Source of the DNA: Zygnema circumcarinatum SAG 698-1b
Lineage: Eukaryota > Plantae > Zygnematophyceae
Length of the DNA: 64,000 bases
Direction of reading: 5' to 3'
NCBI GenBank assembly: GCA_037447605.1
Contig: CM074805.1
Span: 3,815,361 to 3,879,360, forward strand
Shown here: positions 1 through 15,412 of the stretch, piece by piece
Layout of the letters: each line of letters begins with the position of its first letter
How positions within the stretch are numbered: position 1 is the stretch's first letter
Program-made: the position numbers and the translations under genes
Notes under the pieces: generated by a model
Told to the model about the DNA's origin: nothing
What the model saw: only the letters and a program-made list of their open reading frames with translations
The model's database searches: none

Positions 1-201
1 AACTAAAAATCCTCACAATATTCAGGTTATTCTTCCAATTTCATTGTCTCGGCGTATAGAATACTGCATTTGTAGCTTTGGTTAACGTAAGACATGGATG
101 AATCATATCCGTTAAGGCGTCACTGCGGCTGCTGGGCTTCCGTTCAATTCGCTTTCAAAAGGAATTTTAATTTTCTGTCAGTGCTTCGTCGTGCTCCTAA
201 C

Positions 202-1055
202 CTGCCGATGCAAGTTGCTCATCTCTACCACATCTCGATCTGCGATACCCAGCTTGCCTGCATGTCCAGCCAAACAACTGCGCTTTCCAATTAAATATCA
301 AAGCATTGTGGGGAAAACGCAAGTTGTCAACGAAGAAACTGGAGAAAAAACAGCAGGATACAAATGCAATAAAACATGTACCTATTCCAGCAGCCGCAAG
401 GTAGAGTGCTGCAGGAGCTCCAAGACCCCCTGCTCCTACGATCAGAACAGACGCTCTCTTCAAATTCTCCTGGCCTGAAACCTCCTCATCCCAAGCACTT
501 ACAGAAGACTGTGACAGCCTCTAAATTGAGGGTTGAGGTAACGTGATCTTCACTTAATTGTGCACCAATTTATGGATTCTTCTTGACCAAAAATGTCACA
601 AACCTGAAAATTTCACTTCCTCACAGCCTACATTGTTAATACCTTGAGGGCGAAAGCCATAGTCCCTCAGTCTTTCAAGTGCAAAGTGAAGGGGTTCCTA
701 TGCTTGTCCTTAGAGGCAACAGAGTGACGAGCAATATAGTGAAAGATGAGATTGTACCACGTGGTCCAAAGCTTGGCAGCACCAGGTGGCGACTATATCG
801 AGCGGCCATAGCTGCTCTGCTGTGCAGGGATGCAGAGATGCTTTCGTTGCCCTCACTGCGGCCTTCAATCCTGCTCGCTTCCTGCTTCTTGGATTCACCT
901 GCCAATACAGCATTCTCCGCTTGAAGCTCATGAATGCGGCGCTGAAGCGCTGCCTGCTGTGATCGCAGCTTGGCGATTTCTTCTTGAGCGGCAGCTAGGG
1001 AAGGGGAATGCGTCCGATCCTCCTGCTCCGTCACTGCAGGGCTGTCAGCCAGCAT
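202..1055 (-). CDS. CNX5: Adenylyltransferase/sulfurtransferase MOCS3/UBA4 (CNX5), 5' part only; gene continues off the left edge
   Basis: Exon 1 (ATG 1055) has an N-terminal coiled coil and ...[17 protein letters not shown]. Exon ~474-383 reads [31 protein letters not shown] (ThiF/MoeB GxGxxG). Exon ~258-202 reads [23 protein letters not shown] boundaries are in matching phase. Confidence 0.92.
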
Positions 1056-1286
1056 GGCTGAAGCAGGGCCGAAGCGAAGACTGCTTTGAGAAGCAGATTG
1101 AAGAGCGGTCGTGTTTGCAAGTGCAATCTCGGAATTCGGGTATTCTGTATTTTGTCCGTTCGACTGGCAAAATTGATTGTTATCAAAGCAGAATTACAAG
1201 TTTCGCTTGCGCTGAGATCATGCCCTTGGAGAGAGGAAGGGAAGGCGGAGAAAAGAAAGCGCAGAGCAACCGAGCTGTCAATGCAT

Positions 1287-1333
1287 CGAGCAGAGGATAA
1301 AATGCCTCGAGCAGAGGATAAAATGCCTCGAGC
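1287..1333. repeat. 21-bp tandem duplication (CGAGCAGAGGATAAAATGCCT x2.2) upstream of CNX5
   Basis: Two exact copies plus a partial third, read directly. Confidence 0.9.
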
Positions 1334-2311
1334 GACACCAAACACGCTTGCTGCGTGCCTTTTCCGGAGGATGCCGCTGCGGGGACGGCCATGCAGCAGC
1401 CTCGCGTTCCTAGCCACCTCGCGTGCACTTCCAGCTTCTCTCACTTCTCTATCGTTCTATACTCTTCAGAAGGAAAAGGAAGTGGCATTGATCCCACTTC
1501 ACGATGTACATGAACAAAATCAGCATGTGGAATTCAAGGCTGCATGGAGTGATTCTGAGCTTCAATCGCCTTCGCCAACTCCTGTCCTGTGCATGTTCCG
1601 ACGCTGGCAAGACAAATTAATTTCTTCCATTTTTATTACTTCCGGGCCTTTTCTCACACACACCTTTGCATTTGCCTACACTCAAAATTTGTTCTGTGCT
1701 GACCTATAAACCATGTTAGAGGACGCCAACTCAACAACAATATTGTGAGCTTGTTGCATTCTAACCAATCTGCGAGTGCATTTCGTAACTTCGCAAACAA
1801 CGTTGAAGTACATCGTTCAGTTTCTGTTTTCTAACGAGACTGCAATACCCTCCAGAGGTGGCATGGCTGCTCCAGGTTCAAAGGAACAGTTCTTTGCGCA
1901 TTCGAACATTTGTTGACTAACAACCCTACGTGTCTCAATTTCAAGTTCCGTGTCTAGCCGAATCTCCCCGCTGCTGCTTTCATAGCCATAGACTCATAAT
2001 GTGTAGCACTCCATGACATTACATCATCGTATGAGTAACTTAACCAGGCAACGCTTTGGAGTGACCTTCACGCGATGTGAAGTGGGACATGGCTATCTTT
2101 TGACGTCCATGAGAGCACTTGTTTGAATGATGGCTCATGTACAGGCAATGAAGCGACAATCGTGACAAAAGCAACTACGAAGTTTCAAAAGAACGAAAAT
2201 TACAAGCTGCGTGATCGAGTTCATGTATGATCTCACACTACGGCGTTTCTACGTGCTCTTCTTCAATCCAAGGGCCCAAAAAGCACAAGGTGGCTCCTCT
2301 TTCCCAGCCTC

Positions 2312-5300
2312 TCACTCGGCACGGGATCTCCCAGCCCGCATCCAAACCCTTGGCGGCGGGAGCATGCTTTCTATTATTAGCAGCAGCACTTCACGAGGGA
2401 GTCGGCCCAATTCGCACGGCTTCAGGGACTGCACAAAAACCATATGGAAACGCTTAAGGAACACCTTTCAAAGGCCCGCTTCAGGTCATACTATGAGGAA
2501 GGAGAAAGGCATTGTTCTATCGTTCCTTTCTTTTACTTGTCAAGCAGATATTTGCAGGCACCATGAAGCCTTGCGATTGCATGAGAAATGGGAGTACAGA
2601 CCTTGCTGTCGGCTGCTGCAACGAGTAGCAGAGTCCGGACAGCCGCTTTAAAATGATATGGGAACTTGGAATGGGCAGACATACACCAACGAACGGAAAA
2701 TCCATGTGGCTCCTGTTATGAATGCCCAAAACGAATATCAGTAACATGTGACGGTGCAAAGTTCCCTTGGTCGGCGTTGAACTCGTTTCCCTCAATTGAG
2801 CAACTGAACCTCGTTTGTATACCAAAGCTTTCTCAAAAAAAATTCAAAACCGTGCATGGTAAAATAGAGGTAGAACTGTAAGATGTTTCAAGAGGCTGGA
2901 AAAGGTTCTTAAAAGTGAGGAATGAGCTTAGAACGAGAGCAAGAAGAGATGGTTGAGAGTGCAGCAGAAGGGAGGGCATGTGACGGTTCAAGGGGACGAA
3001 CCTGGAGGAGGCTCGAATCAATGGCTGACAGGAAAGCGCCATGACATACAAGGAGGTCGATGCACTGCACTCCAAACAAAGAGAATTCAGCTGTTTCAGC
3101 AAGTGATGCAATGTAGAAAGGAATTTCTAGCTTGAGCTTAACAACTTCCACCTTCCTAGACGAATAAAACTGCACTGTTCTCTGGTAAATCTGCTTACCT
3201 TTCTCATCATCGTGCATGTATAGGAGGTACTCTTCACATATTAACTAAAAAGTGAACACACATCATCAACTTGTTCATCAAGAAAGACCTCAATTCTGTA
3301 TGGTCACTTATGTAAACCTGCAGCAGTCCCAAGTTCTAATCCATTTCCATGTCTACAGAACATTGGCGGTGAAGAGGTTGACTTGCGCCTGACCTCATTT
3401 TTCCCTTGCAAAGCTGCCATGTGTACAGCTGTTCTTCCGTACATATCTTGAGCGTTCACGAGTGCTGCCTGTTAAACCAAAAGTGCAGCTAACTTGAAAT
3501 GTCAGAGTACAAAACATCAACTTCGTTTATTGCTGTAAAGGAAAAACCAACGATCAGCAATTCAGGAGCACACTGAAGAATGCATTGACAAACAGTGCGA
3601 GAAGTAAAGAAAAAGCCAAATAGAGGAAACGAGCATGTCTAGAACGACGACTCAAGGTCGAAGTCTAAGATTGAGTAGCAGTCCTGAGCCCTCAACACAC
3701 ACACAAACAACTTGCTGGCGTACAAGGGAAATCTCAAAATTCAAAGCAAGCAATGCTTACGGGCTACGGAGTATGTCGACTCACTGTACAGAGTGGATAA
3801 TCCAATAGAAGTCGCAATACTTCTACACTTTGAGAACATACTGCTAAGTGAAGTACTGTGGACTTGCACGAGGTATCCTTCTCTTCTTGCCAAGCTCCAT
3901 ATCTCAAGAGCAGCGCAACCACTCTGATTCATTAAGCCAGCAGAAGAGCAATTCAGAAGCAGTAGTGCAGCATTGCGTAGCCTGAAGGAGCTTCGAGAAC
4001 CCTAAAGACCCCTAGACCCCTTCTCAATTGATTTGATGGATTCAGCATTCATTTCTTAGGTCCAAAAAAATAAAACAACAGTACAGAGTAACGAACGAAA
4101 CAAAGGGCTTCAAGCCACACTCCTGGAACAGGATGGAGGGTCGTACTCTGGATTGTTCACGCAAACAGCAAAATGTAAAGGGGTGCGTCCAATGATACTT
4201 CTGCATCTAAAATTGGCTCCCCTACTCAAAAATAGGTCGACGATGTCAAGCCTACCGGCACAGCAAGCCTGCAATGCCACACAGAGCAATCAGTAACGAT
4301 ATTTGATGCAAAAGCGTCTCCAGTTATAAGCACTGAAAGCGTGAGCTATAGAATGAGCAATCAGCGGAAGTGAAGTGCACCAGATGCAAAGCCGTATGTA
4401 GGGACTCGTCCACTTGCTCGAGGAGGTGTTTCACATTCCCATACCTCGATATCCTCGCTGCCTCAAAGATCATATGGATCACTGCCGGAAAAGGAAACAA
4501 CATTCACACTGCAGTTGCAGTAAAAGTGCCATTCAATAGTTTCCAAAGTCCGCTTCGGCCTTAAGTAAGACTCCATATTACTAAATCAAGTGACAAAATT
4601 CAGACTCCGTATATCACACTTTGGCTTGTCTTTCTGAGTTGAACCCTGAACATCTTCCAGTCCTAGCCCTCTCGTTTCCATACTGAAGCGTCTTTGCCCT
4701 ACAATAATGGCACACTTAATTGAAAGGGACGAATTGACCGACTGTGAACATCAAGCTGAATAGAACCATGAAATACTCCAATGCACTTCCAGGGCGGGTT
4801 CCTTTTGATCGCCTCTACGGCATACCTGCCAGATTGCCTGCCTCAGCTGCAACCATAAGCGGAGTGCTACGACGATCATCCTGCAACCATTGAAAACAAC
4901 TATCTTGATGATCTTTACCTCCCAAACAAAGGAAAAGAAAGCTAGAAGACACCAGTTGAGGGCATGGATTGGTGGTTACCCAATTAGGGTATATTCTATT
5001 TGAAGCTCATATATCATTCCTGGTCATCCTAACCAAGTCTTCATACCACCTCTCTCTCAGACAAAATGCATCTATTTAAGCGAAATGAAACCAACAGAAG
5101 CCTCCGCAAACAATGAAGTAGCAAAGTTCCACATAACCAAAGACACTTTTCAAAATGCAATGACCGTCACCAAAAGTTATGATGTTTCAAAGAACGAACA
5201 GTGGTTTTCTCAGAGAATTAGGCATGTATAAAAAATGAAGAAGTCCAACATATCTACTACTCTAGTCTCGAGTCTTAAAAAGGGATGTTTCAGAAAGAAG

Positions 5301-8300
5301 CACCTTTACGAGCATATCCACTTTTTTTTTCCATACACTACTCCTACGAGTCAGGAGATATTCTGGTCTCAGCTTCCCTAGTGGTGAACGACAATCCCTG
5401 ACTTCAGGAGTGCTGGAATCGGTTCATTCACTCATGATCTACTTTGAAGCAAATAACTTGAATGCAACTGTAAGGCCGAAAGCAGCTCCTTCACATTTTC
5501 AGCTGCATAACTGGATGCTATAACTACAGGATCACAAAACAAATGCAGAAAAAATACTCCGAAATTACGGAGTGACAGATGTCAATGTCCATTTCAAGAC
5601 GTGTGACCCACCTGAGCAGTCAACGTAGCTCCACTCTCTAGCAGTATCTGAGCGATGGCTGCAGTTCCCTTCTCTGCGCATATGTGCAGTGGAGTAACCA
5701 TGTTCTGATCTCCAACACTGCCATGCCAAGGCTAGAACCCAGCCATAGATGGATCAGGACTTCGAGCCAGAAAAAAGAACTCAACGTGCCAGCAACAACA
5801 TGAGTAAAACAACGATAGTGAAAAGCCTGCAGCATCAAGTTGACGAAAATTCCTCGCTCCCATCTTCTCAGAGGAACAACTTCCCCCGGTGATTTCCTCT
5901 TGAAGCTTCAAACTTAGCTTTGCTCCTCCTCTGCGATCAAATCGAAGCGCCAGCCACTTTCCTGACAAACTAGGCAGTTTATAGGACCAGGTGTTCAATG
6001 CCAAACTACAGAAAGTTGTTGATGACAGAAAAAATGCAAGTGAATGCCAACGATAAGGATAGCTGTATAGTTATGAGAGAAATGCTTCAGAGTTCTCTTG
6101 GTAACAGATGGATACAAAAGCAACAATACACTCACGAAAAAAGGAGAAACAAACCAACGTCTGACATTTCAACAAACTCGCAACAATTCACCACCATAAC
6201 AAAACGAGTTCAAGCCTTTCCTTAGTCATCATATCCATCATGTCATCCTGAAAACCAAAAGAAAGGTCAAAGTCGCTACTGATTCACAAACTTCTCCGAA
6301 CACACAGAAGGCGAGGCAAGGGAATTCCACCATCATTCTCACGAAACAGCATACCAATCTGATCTAACACGCTGATATTGCCAGCCTTATCAAATAACCA
6401 GGATGAGACATCAGACCAGTTGAATGGAGAACTGACACGACAAGCAGCTTGCTGCCGAAAAATTAATCACGTGGAAATATTGGATACAATGGGCAGACAA
6501 CCTTGTCTTTCAGTTTGCCTAATCAATAGCTGCAGATAGTTATTATTATTCAAAAGGTGCTTTTTGCTGCTAACAGCGCACCAATCAGGAGTAGAAAAGT
6601 TATATTTTCTTTTAGGAGAAACCTGCCTGGGCGTTGCACCATGCTGTAACAAGATCCGACAAACGGCCTGGTGCCCTCGATCGACTGCTAAATGCAATGG
6701 TGTTTCTTCGTTTGCTGCAGTCAGGGAATGGCATGCTCCTGCAAGAGTGATGAATAGAATGGAATTGGCAAGGATATCAAGTCCACCACCCATTTGTAGA
6801 AATCAAGCCAGAATAACTACAAGAACACTACACTCATTCATTTGTTTTGCCAGATGTTACATAAACCTCCACAACACTTCATCTGTCAACATTACGGACA
6901 GTGTGTGTGCAAACTAGTTATGCTTTACACCAGTAACAAGCGAAACTCTCTTAATATTGAGGACAAAAACGTGCAACAATCCCTTCAGAAAAAACAATAT
7001 TGTCTTCTGCCCGGAAATGGGTCATCAAAACTGAAATTCAAGCCAAAGCATCGTAAAAACTTGAAGCAAAAGTCATTAAGTAATCAACAGCAATAGGCTG
7101 CGAAAGAATGCAATATACCTCTGCTTCCACCGAGAGGTTAAAAGCAACTTACCAGCTTCCAGTAACACTCGAACAGCTGCAACGTGGCCTCCAGCAGCTG
7201 CCCTATGCAGTGGCGATTGTCCATCAGTATCCTGCAATTGCGTAGCGGCAAGTGAAAACATCAATGTTCTCCACATTGAAGTACGCAAATAGAACCAAAA
7301 CACTTCACTTTGACAAAGCAGCCCGACCACATGATTGACTCGCCTTGCGGGAGGCAAACTTCATCTCCATTTTTACACTCCTCAAACAGAAAATAATGAT
7401 TTAACAAGCAAACAGTTCTGCTTTAGGAAAAGAAGCAGAGACGGTGTTGTGCATGTTCAATACGGTTCCTTTATCCTCGTTTAACTCAGCACTTGGAAAA
7501 CAAAAAGTATCGCTAGACTTGGAAAATGATGCCACCAGAGATGCCAATACTGGCAGAGTTGCTATTCATCGAGTACAAAAGCTTTCAAAAGATCGGTAAA
7601 ACTGAAAATGAGACGTAATAGTTCTGAATAAAGGGTGCACAGATAGGAAGGCATCGCAACATACTTTGACATTAGGGTCACCTCCAGCTGCCAAGAACAA
7701 CTGGCAGCAGGCTGCCCTCCCATACGTGGCCGCTTCGTGGAGAGGACTACTTGACAAGTGTGTTGTGTCATTCAAGCTAGCGCCTCGATGCAGAAGAGTC
7801 TCGCAGACTAGCTGAAAGGCCACTGGATTACTAATGATTAACATGCTGAACGCATTTGCAAACGAAAAGACTGTCTTACCGTAATTGTTTTCGTTAAATG
7901 CACTACTTGTATGTTAAACAGAATGTCTCAAGGCGTGCAGGTAGTAAAACGTTGACATTGCACGCACAATTGGACGGAAATATCGCTGTTTCTGGCAATT
8001 CGCCCTTCCTAGTTCACAGATTGCAAGTGCGTAAACCAGAACGAAACTAGCATGTCAAAAACAATAAGAGCTTCTTTAGTGTCATAAACGTAAGCGCGAT
8101 AGACTTGAGAAAATGATGTAAGAAATAGCAGCGCGGCACATGTGAATTCCATGCTCGCAACGATCATCCTCATGCCAACTCCAATTCCGGCCCGATCCAC
8201 TTCAGAACATAACACATGACCGTGAAAAAATCATGTGTTCACCTGATGACCGCATCTTGCAGCAATTAACAGAGGAGTAAGGCCATCTCCTCTTCGTTCG

Positions 8301-8647
8301 TCAAGCTCTATTCCAGAATCCAAGAAAGCTTCGACACATATGACATCGCCAGCTTCGACGGCCTCGTGAATGGATTTCCTGTCGGGAGGAAACAACAAAG
8401 ACTCTACTGACTGCGCGAGGAAAGCATCCAAGCTCCACGGTCTAAAGGAGTCGGAAGATGAATTCATTCTGCCTGTAGGATGAGTTTGGTCTTCCAAAGA
8501 ACGCGTCACATCCATGCTAGTTGAATCACTGTTCCCATTCCAAGGAGGTGATGGACGCGGCTGTGCAGCACATCCGGCCGCAGCTTTCTGCTGGCGTCGA
8601 AAAGCATGCTCATTGTCCGAATTTGAAATCCTCACGGTTCCGACCAT
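2312..8647 (-). CDS. Multi-exon ankyrin-repeat protein with C-terminal F-box-like motif
   Basis: Ankyrin exons include GLTPLLIAARCGHQ (~8240), SSPLHEAATYGRAACCQLFL (~7700), GQSPLHRAAAGGHVAAVRVLL (~7200), ETPLHLAVDRGHQAVCRILL (~6680), VTPLHICAEKGTAAIAQILL (~5680), STPLMVAAEAGNL (~4850), RTPLHFAV (~4180), STVLHLAVCSQSVEVLRLLL (~3840) and GRTAVHMAALQGKNE (~3430). Terminal exons read WCMSAHSKFPYHFKAAVRTLLL and LGRLPREVLLLIIESMLPPPRVWMRAGRSRAE*. The internal exon set is approximate. Confidence 0.85.
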
Positions 8648-8984
8648 GCAGCCAAAAATAAGAAAGGAAATACCTCACTCCTGCACTAGATTCGCACAGG
8701 CGTCCACTTCTCAACAGATGTCCAAGCCCTCCCGTTTGTCAAAAACTATCTGAGATCATGTTGACCAGTCTCTCCAGAAAATAAAATGAGATCCCCTAAA
8801 CAAAATTCAAATCACAATAATCGTCTGTGATGAAACAGAGCTTTCCGCCTGTCACCCTCCCCTCCCCTCTTCTATCCTGTCAGCACCGGCCTCCCTCCCT
8901 TGCCTTCTCTTGCCCTGCCACAAGCGCACATCTGCATGACCTGGCTGCGCGACCTTCAGATTGTGCTCTCCCTCCCTGCCCTCC

Positions 8985-9129
8985 CAGGCAGGCAGGCAGG
9001 CAGGGAGGCAGGCAGGCAGGCAGGCAGGCAGGCACACTGCCGAGCCGCTGAATCCTGCAAGCGTGTCCCCCGCGGGCCCTCACCGCGACCCGGACCGGAC
9101 CCGCCCGGTGCGCAGGCAGGCAGGCAGGC
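8985..9129. repeat. (GCAG)n tetranucleotide microsatellites (8985-9034 and 9112-9129) in the 5' region of the ankyrin gene
   Basis: Direct reading; source of the spurious PACL/QAGR ORFs. Confidence 0.95.
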
Positions 9130-9610
9130 CGATCCCGGAGCCCCGCCCGATCTGGTCGCGCAAGTTGCTGCAAACGGCCGAGATGCGTTCTGCGCCAACG
9201 TGGCGAGATCCTGGCCGTCCAACGTTCTCCAAAAACTGTCTGGAGCTGCTACTGCTGCTCGGTCGTGCGAACAAGAGCGAGCGCAGGCCAAGCCGACCCG
9301 CCCGCCCGGCGCGCCAGCAGGGCTCGCGGCCGCGGCGTGCGCCACGTGGCGCGCTGCGACCGGCCGCTGCGCTCGAACCGCGCGCGGGGCAATCTCGTTA
9401 GCGCCGCGGGGGCCATTCAGCGCGCGCCACGTGGCGCTGACTGGCGGACCGCCTGCGGGCGCTGGCCGGGTCGGTGCGTCCAATTATGGCGCGGGCCGCC
9501 AGTAAATGCGGCGGCCGTGTGGACGGGCCCTTGTCGTTTTGCGCCAACGTCCAACGACCGCCGTTCACGCGGGCCACGACCGTATGGTACCGTACGGTTC
9601 CGGGCCCTTG
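9035..9610. promoter_or_regulatory. GC/CpG-rich promoter island of the ankyrin gene with two GCGCCACGTGGCGC palindromic G-boxes and a GGTACCGTACGG motif
   Basis: Very high GC. Palindromic G-boxes at ~9339 and ~9424; CCGTAC motif at ~9590. Lies upstream of the 8647 start. Confidence 0.6.
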
Positions 9611-10020
9611 GTGGGCGGCTGGCTGGCTCTTCGTGGTTTTCCATGTTGGTGGGGTTGGGGTTGAGGCGGTTGGCCATGGACACCATTCATGGTTCATGTC
9701 ATGGGGATGGATGGGTGGATGGATGGATGGCAGGCATCGTGAGATCAATCAATGCCAAATCCTTGTCTCTATTGTGTGGAGAGGAGACGAGCAAACATGA
9801 ATCACGCAAGCACAGCAACAAGCTTGCACATGCGAAACACGCGTTCAGAGACACTGTAGTCAGCGACGAGTCCACGAGGAGTTGAGTCAAACCTCGCAAG
9901 ATTCGGAAAAGTTTGGCCATTTGCGAATTCAATCTGAAGTTCAAATTTAGGACCTTCTAAACCGAACGTATCCCGTATCGTATCGTACCTGATTTTGAGG
10001 CGTAGCTTTCCGCTCGTAGC

Positions 10021-10110
10021 TTTTTTTCTTTTGTCCTTGGGTCCTGTTCCTCGTGGTTCCCCATGCTGCTTTTGTCCATGTACATTTGATGGCCTCGCCA
10101 TCGTGAGACC
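10021..10110 (+). mobile_element. Dispersed ~100-bp repeat family B, copy 1 (SINE/MITE-like, intergenic)
   Basis: Core GGTTCCCCATG..TTTTGTCCATGTACATTTGATGGCCTCGCCATCGTGAG is shared with copies at 11649, 19889 (inverted) and 32530; a fragment lies at 9735-9757. Confidence 0.7.
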
Positions 10111-10910
10111 AGTGTCACTTCCTTTCTTCTTGAACGCATCCCGGCGAGCCAAATTCTATCGAATCACTCACGTATTTCTTTTTCGTTGATTTCTACAGAT
10201 TTTGAAATTCGGCGGCACCCGCCAACGAGTTGTCTTGTCACACAGGTGTCAAATATAACAAATTCATTCACTTACATTTGGTGTTCGAACTCAATCCTCG
10301 AATAGTCTTCTGTGAAGAGATTTTCCAGATATACACACTCCTGTAGGGTTCCTGTTACGTTTATATGTTTCTCGGTTTCTAATTTAAAACATGCAATTTT
10401 GCTCAATTGACTGTCGCTGAATAAAATCGAACTGCGGATAATTGAGACTCGATTTCGGTTTGCAAACTCTAAGGCGAAATGAAAGAGACCCTATACTGTA
10501 TGTAGCCCGGGGGTGCTGAACCTTTCGATGTGGGCGTATCGATTTCCTTGGGACGCCCAATGATAACGTTGTGCTGCTCATGTGCGTTCCATGAGCTTTG
10601 ATGGCAGTCTAAAGACTACATGCGCGGGTGCAGAAATAAACGAATGATCTTACATACGGGAGCATGCGGAGATGACATTCATTGCATGGCATGAATCTTT
10701 TCACCACAAAGAATGCATTGAAATTGCCTCTACGAGAGGCTAAGTTATAGAGACCCCATTGTATTTCCTCGTCTGGGAAGAAACAAGTCGACCGCTGGGT
10801 GTGAAACACACCCATTATTCTCACAGTGTTCCGACTCAGATCGGAGGCTCCCTGAGCGACTCTATTTAGGCAAACCATTTACATGCTACCTAATGCGCAA
10901 TTGTTGAGCA

Positions 10911-13702
<2,792 letters not shown>

Positions 13703-15412
13703 GGCGCCTGCAACCCCCAACCTCCCAACTCGAGTGAACTTCAAGTTGAGTTTGACAGGAGGACTTTTTGAACCTCAATTTGAATTACCATGCAGACGCA
13801 TAGTTCGCCCACTGAAATGGCTTACACATAGCATGCGGACGAGATATTGACAAAGAATGAGCTTCCCACACTTTTTAATTACCCCTTCTTGAAAACCCTA
13901 AATTGCTACGATTTCAGTTCCCCTTTCCGTGCGTACTTCCTTCTTCTCTCCCTCACTTTCTGCCCACTACTGCCGCAAACCCTAAAGTGACACATAGACC
14001 GCCAAGCCCTCATCCATGAACCCGTCAAAGCAACCATTACACATAGCCCGCTCCACCGCTCTCCATAGAAGCAACGGCAGGAGCTCTCCCACCTTTTAGA
14101 CACGTGTCCCCTCCTCCCTTCCCGCTCTCTCTCTCTCTCTCTCTCTCTCAGGTCTCTCCATTCTAAGATGGCTCTCCATTCAAGTTATATGCGACCCGTT
14201 ACCGTTACCGTTAGCAGTCCATAGAACATCGACCGACAGTTTCAGAACAGCTGGGCTTGTTTGTCAATGGATATGGTCAGATGTACCTGGTCCTTATTAT
14301 AAACCAGATACAACTTCCTTCTTGAGCCGCAATGCGACCCTAGGACCGTGACCGCTAGTGGAAGTCAACGGTCTCCCATGGGGGGGAGGCTGTCGGCGGG
14401 CCGGGCGTGTCCCCAGACCGGTCCCATGTGGCCACGATTCACCTATGTGGTGCCGACGTGGCTGCCACACCGACGTTACACACACAGCTCTCCTCCGGAG
14501 GCGCCGTAACGCCGTTGCGCCATTCTTCGACCAATTCCGTACCAGCACGTGCCCACCAAAGATCCGCCTGCCACGCTGGCGCAAAGCCGTACAGGTTCGA
14601 AATGTGTACGAAGCCCGGCGACGCGAAACGAAGGGGCTTCAAATCAATGCTGATTGGAAAACGCTCATCCTACGTGGACTGCTACAATATCGCCTGATGG
14701 AAGGCAAGTTCGGTTCAGCCGAGTTGGCACATACGTGGCATCGACATGGCACCTACGTGGCATCAACGTGGCGTCCTGGCGCGTGCAGGTCTACGCATAC
14801 TCCGTACGCCCCCGTAGCTGTAACCTGTAACTGTAGCCTACACGTAGCCGTAGCTGTAGCCGTAGCCGTTGCCCCTCGGGGCTGCGCCGAAGCGGCCCGC
14901 GGCCTAGGGACGGATCACACGCACCGACCCATGTTGCTCCGTCTCACACGGCAAATGCGGGTATCAAGGGACGCTTATCAAACGCGTAAGCGTAGCCCTT
15001 GTTGAGCCGAGGCGGTAGTTTTCGAAGGAGAGGGAGAGGGAGAGGGAGAGTGGGGGAGGGAGAGGGAGAGGGGGAGGAAGAGGGAGGGAGTAAAATGAAT
15101 ATTTGTTGGGAGGTTCCTGTTAGTCCTGAATGAGCTGGACAGCCTAGGCCAAGTATTCGAGTTGGAATGAGTGCATGCATGCACCATAATACCAACCAAA
15201 ATAAGTTCGAAGTCATGTATCCACGTCTATTATTTCTGAACATATCAAATGTATCGAATTCAATAGTTTTTCAGATTAAGTCACGGGTTACTAACGAGGA
15301 ATGCCCCGAAAGGGCGCCAATGGTCGTCGGCGATAGCGTGACGAGCATCACGTAGGCAGTGTACGGAACACATGCATGTCCTTGCAAAGCCGCCGGCGAC
15401 GCTCCTTTCTCA

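Noticed and set aside
8827-9885. Overlapping long ORFs (up to 206 aa) in the GC-rich island
   Set aside because: Stop-poor GC-rich and microsatellite sequence; Arg/Ala/Pro/Gly-biased with no domain.
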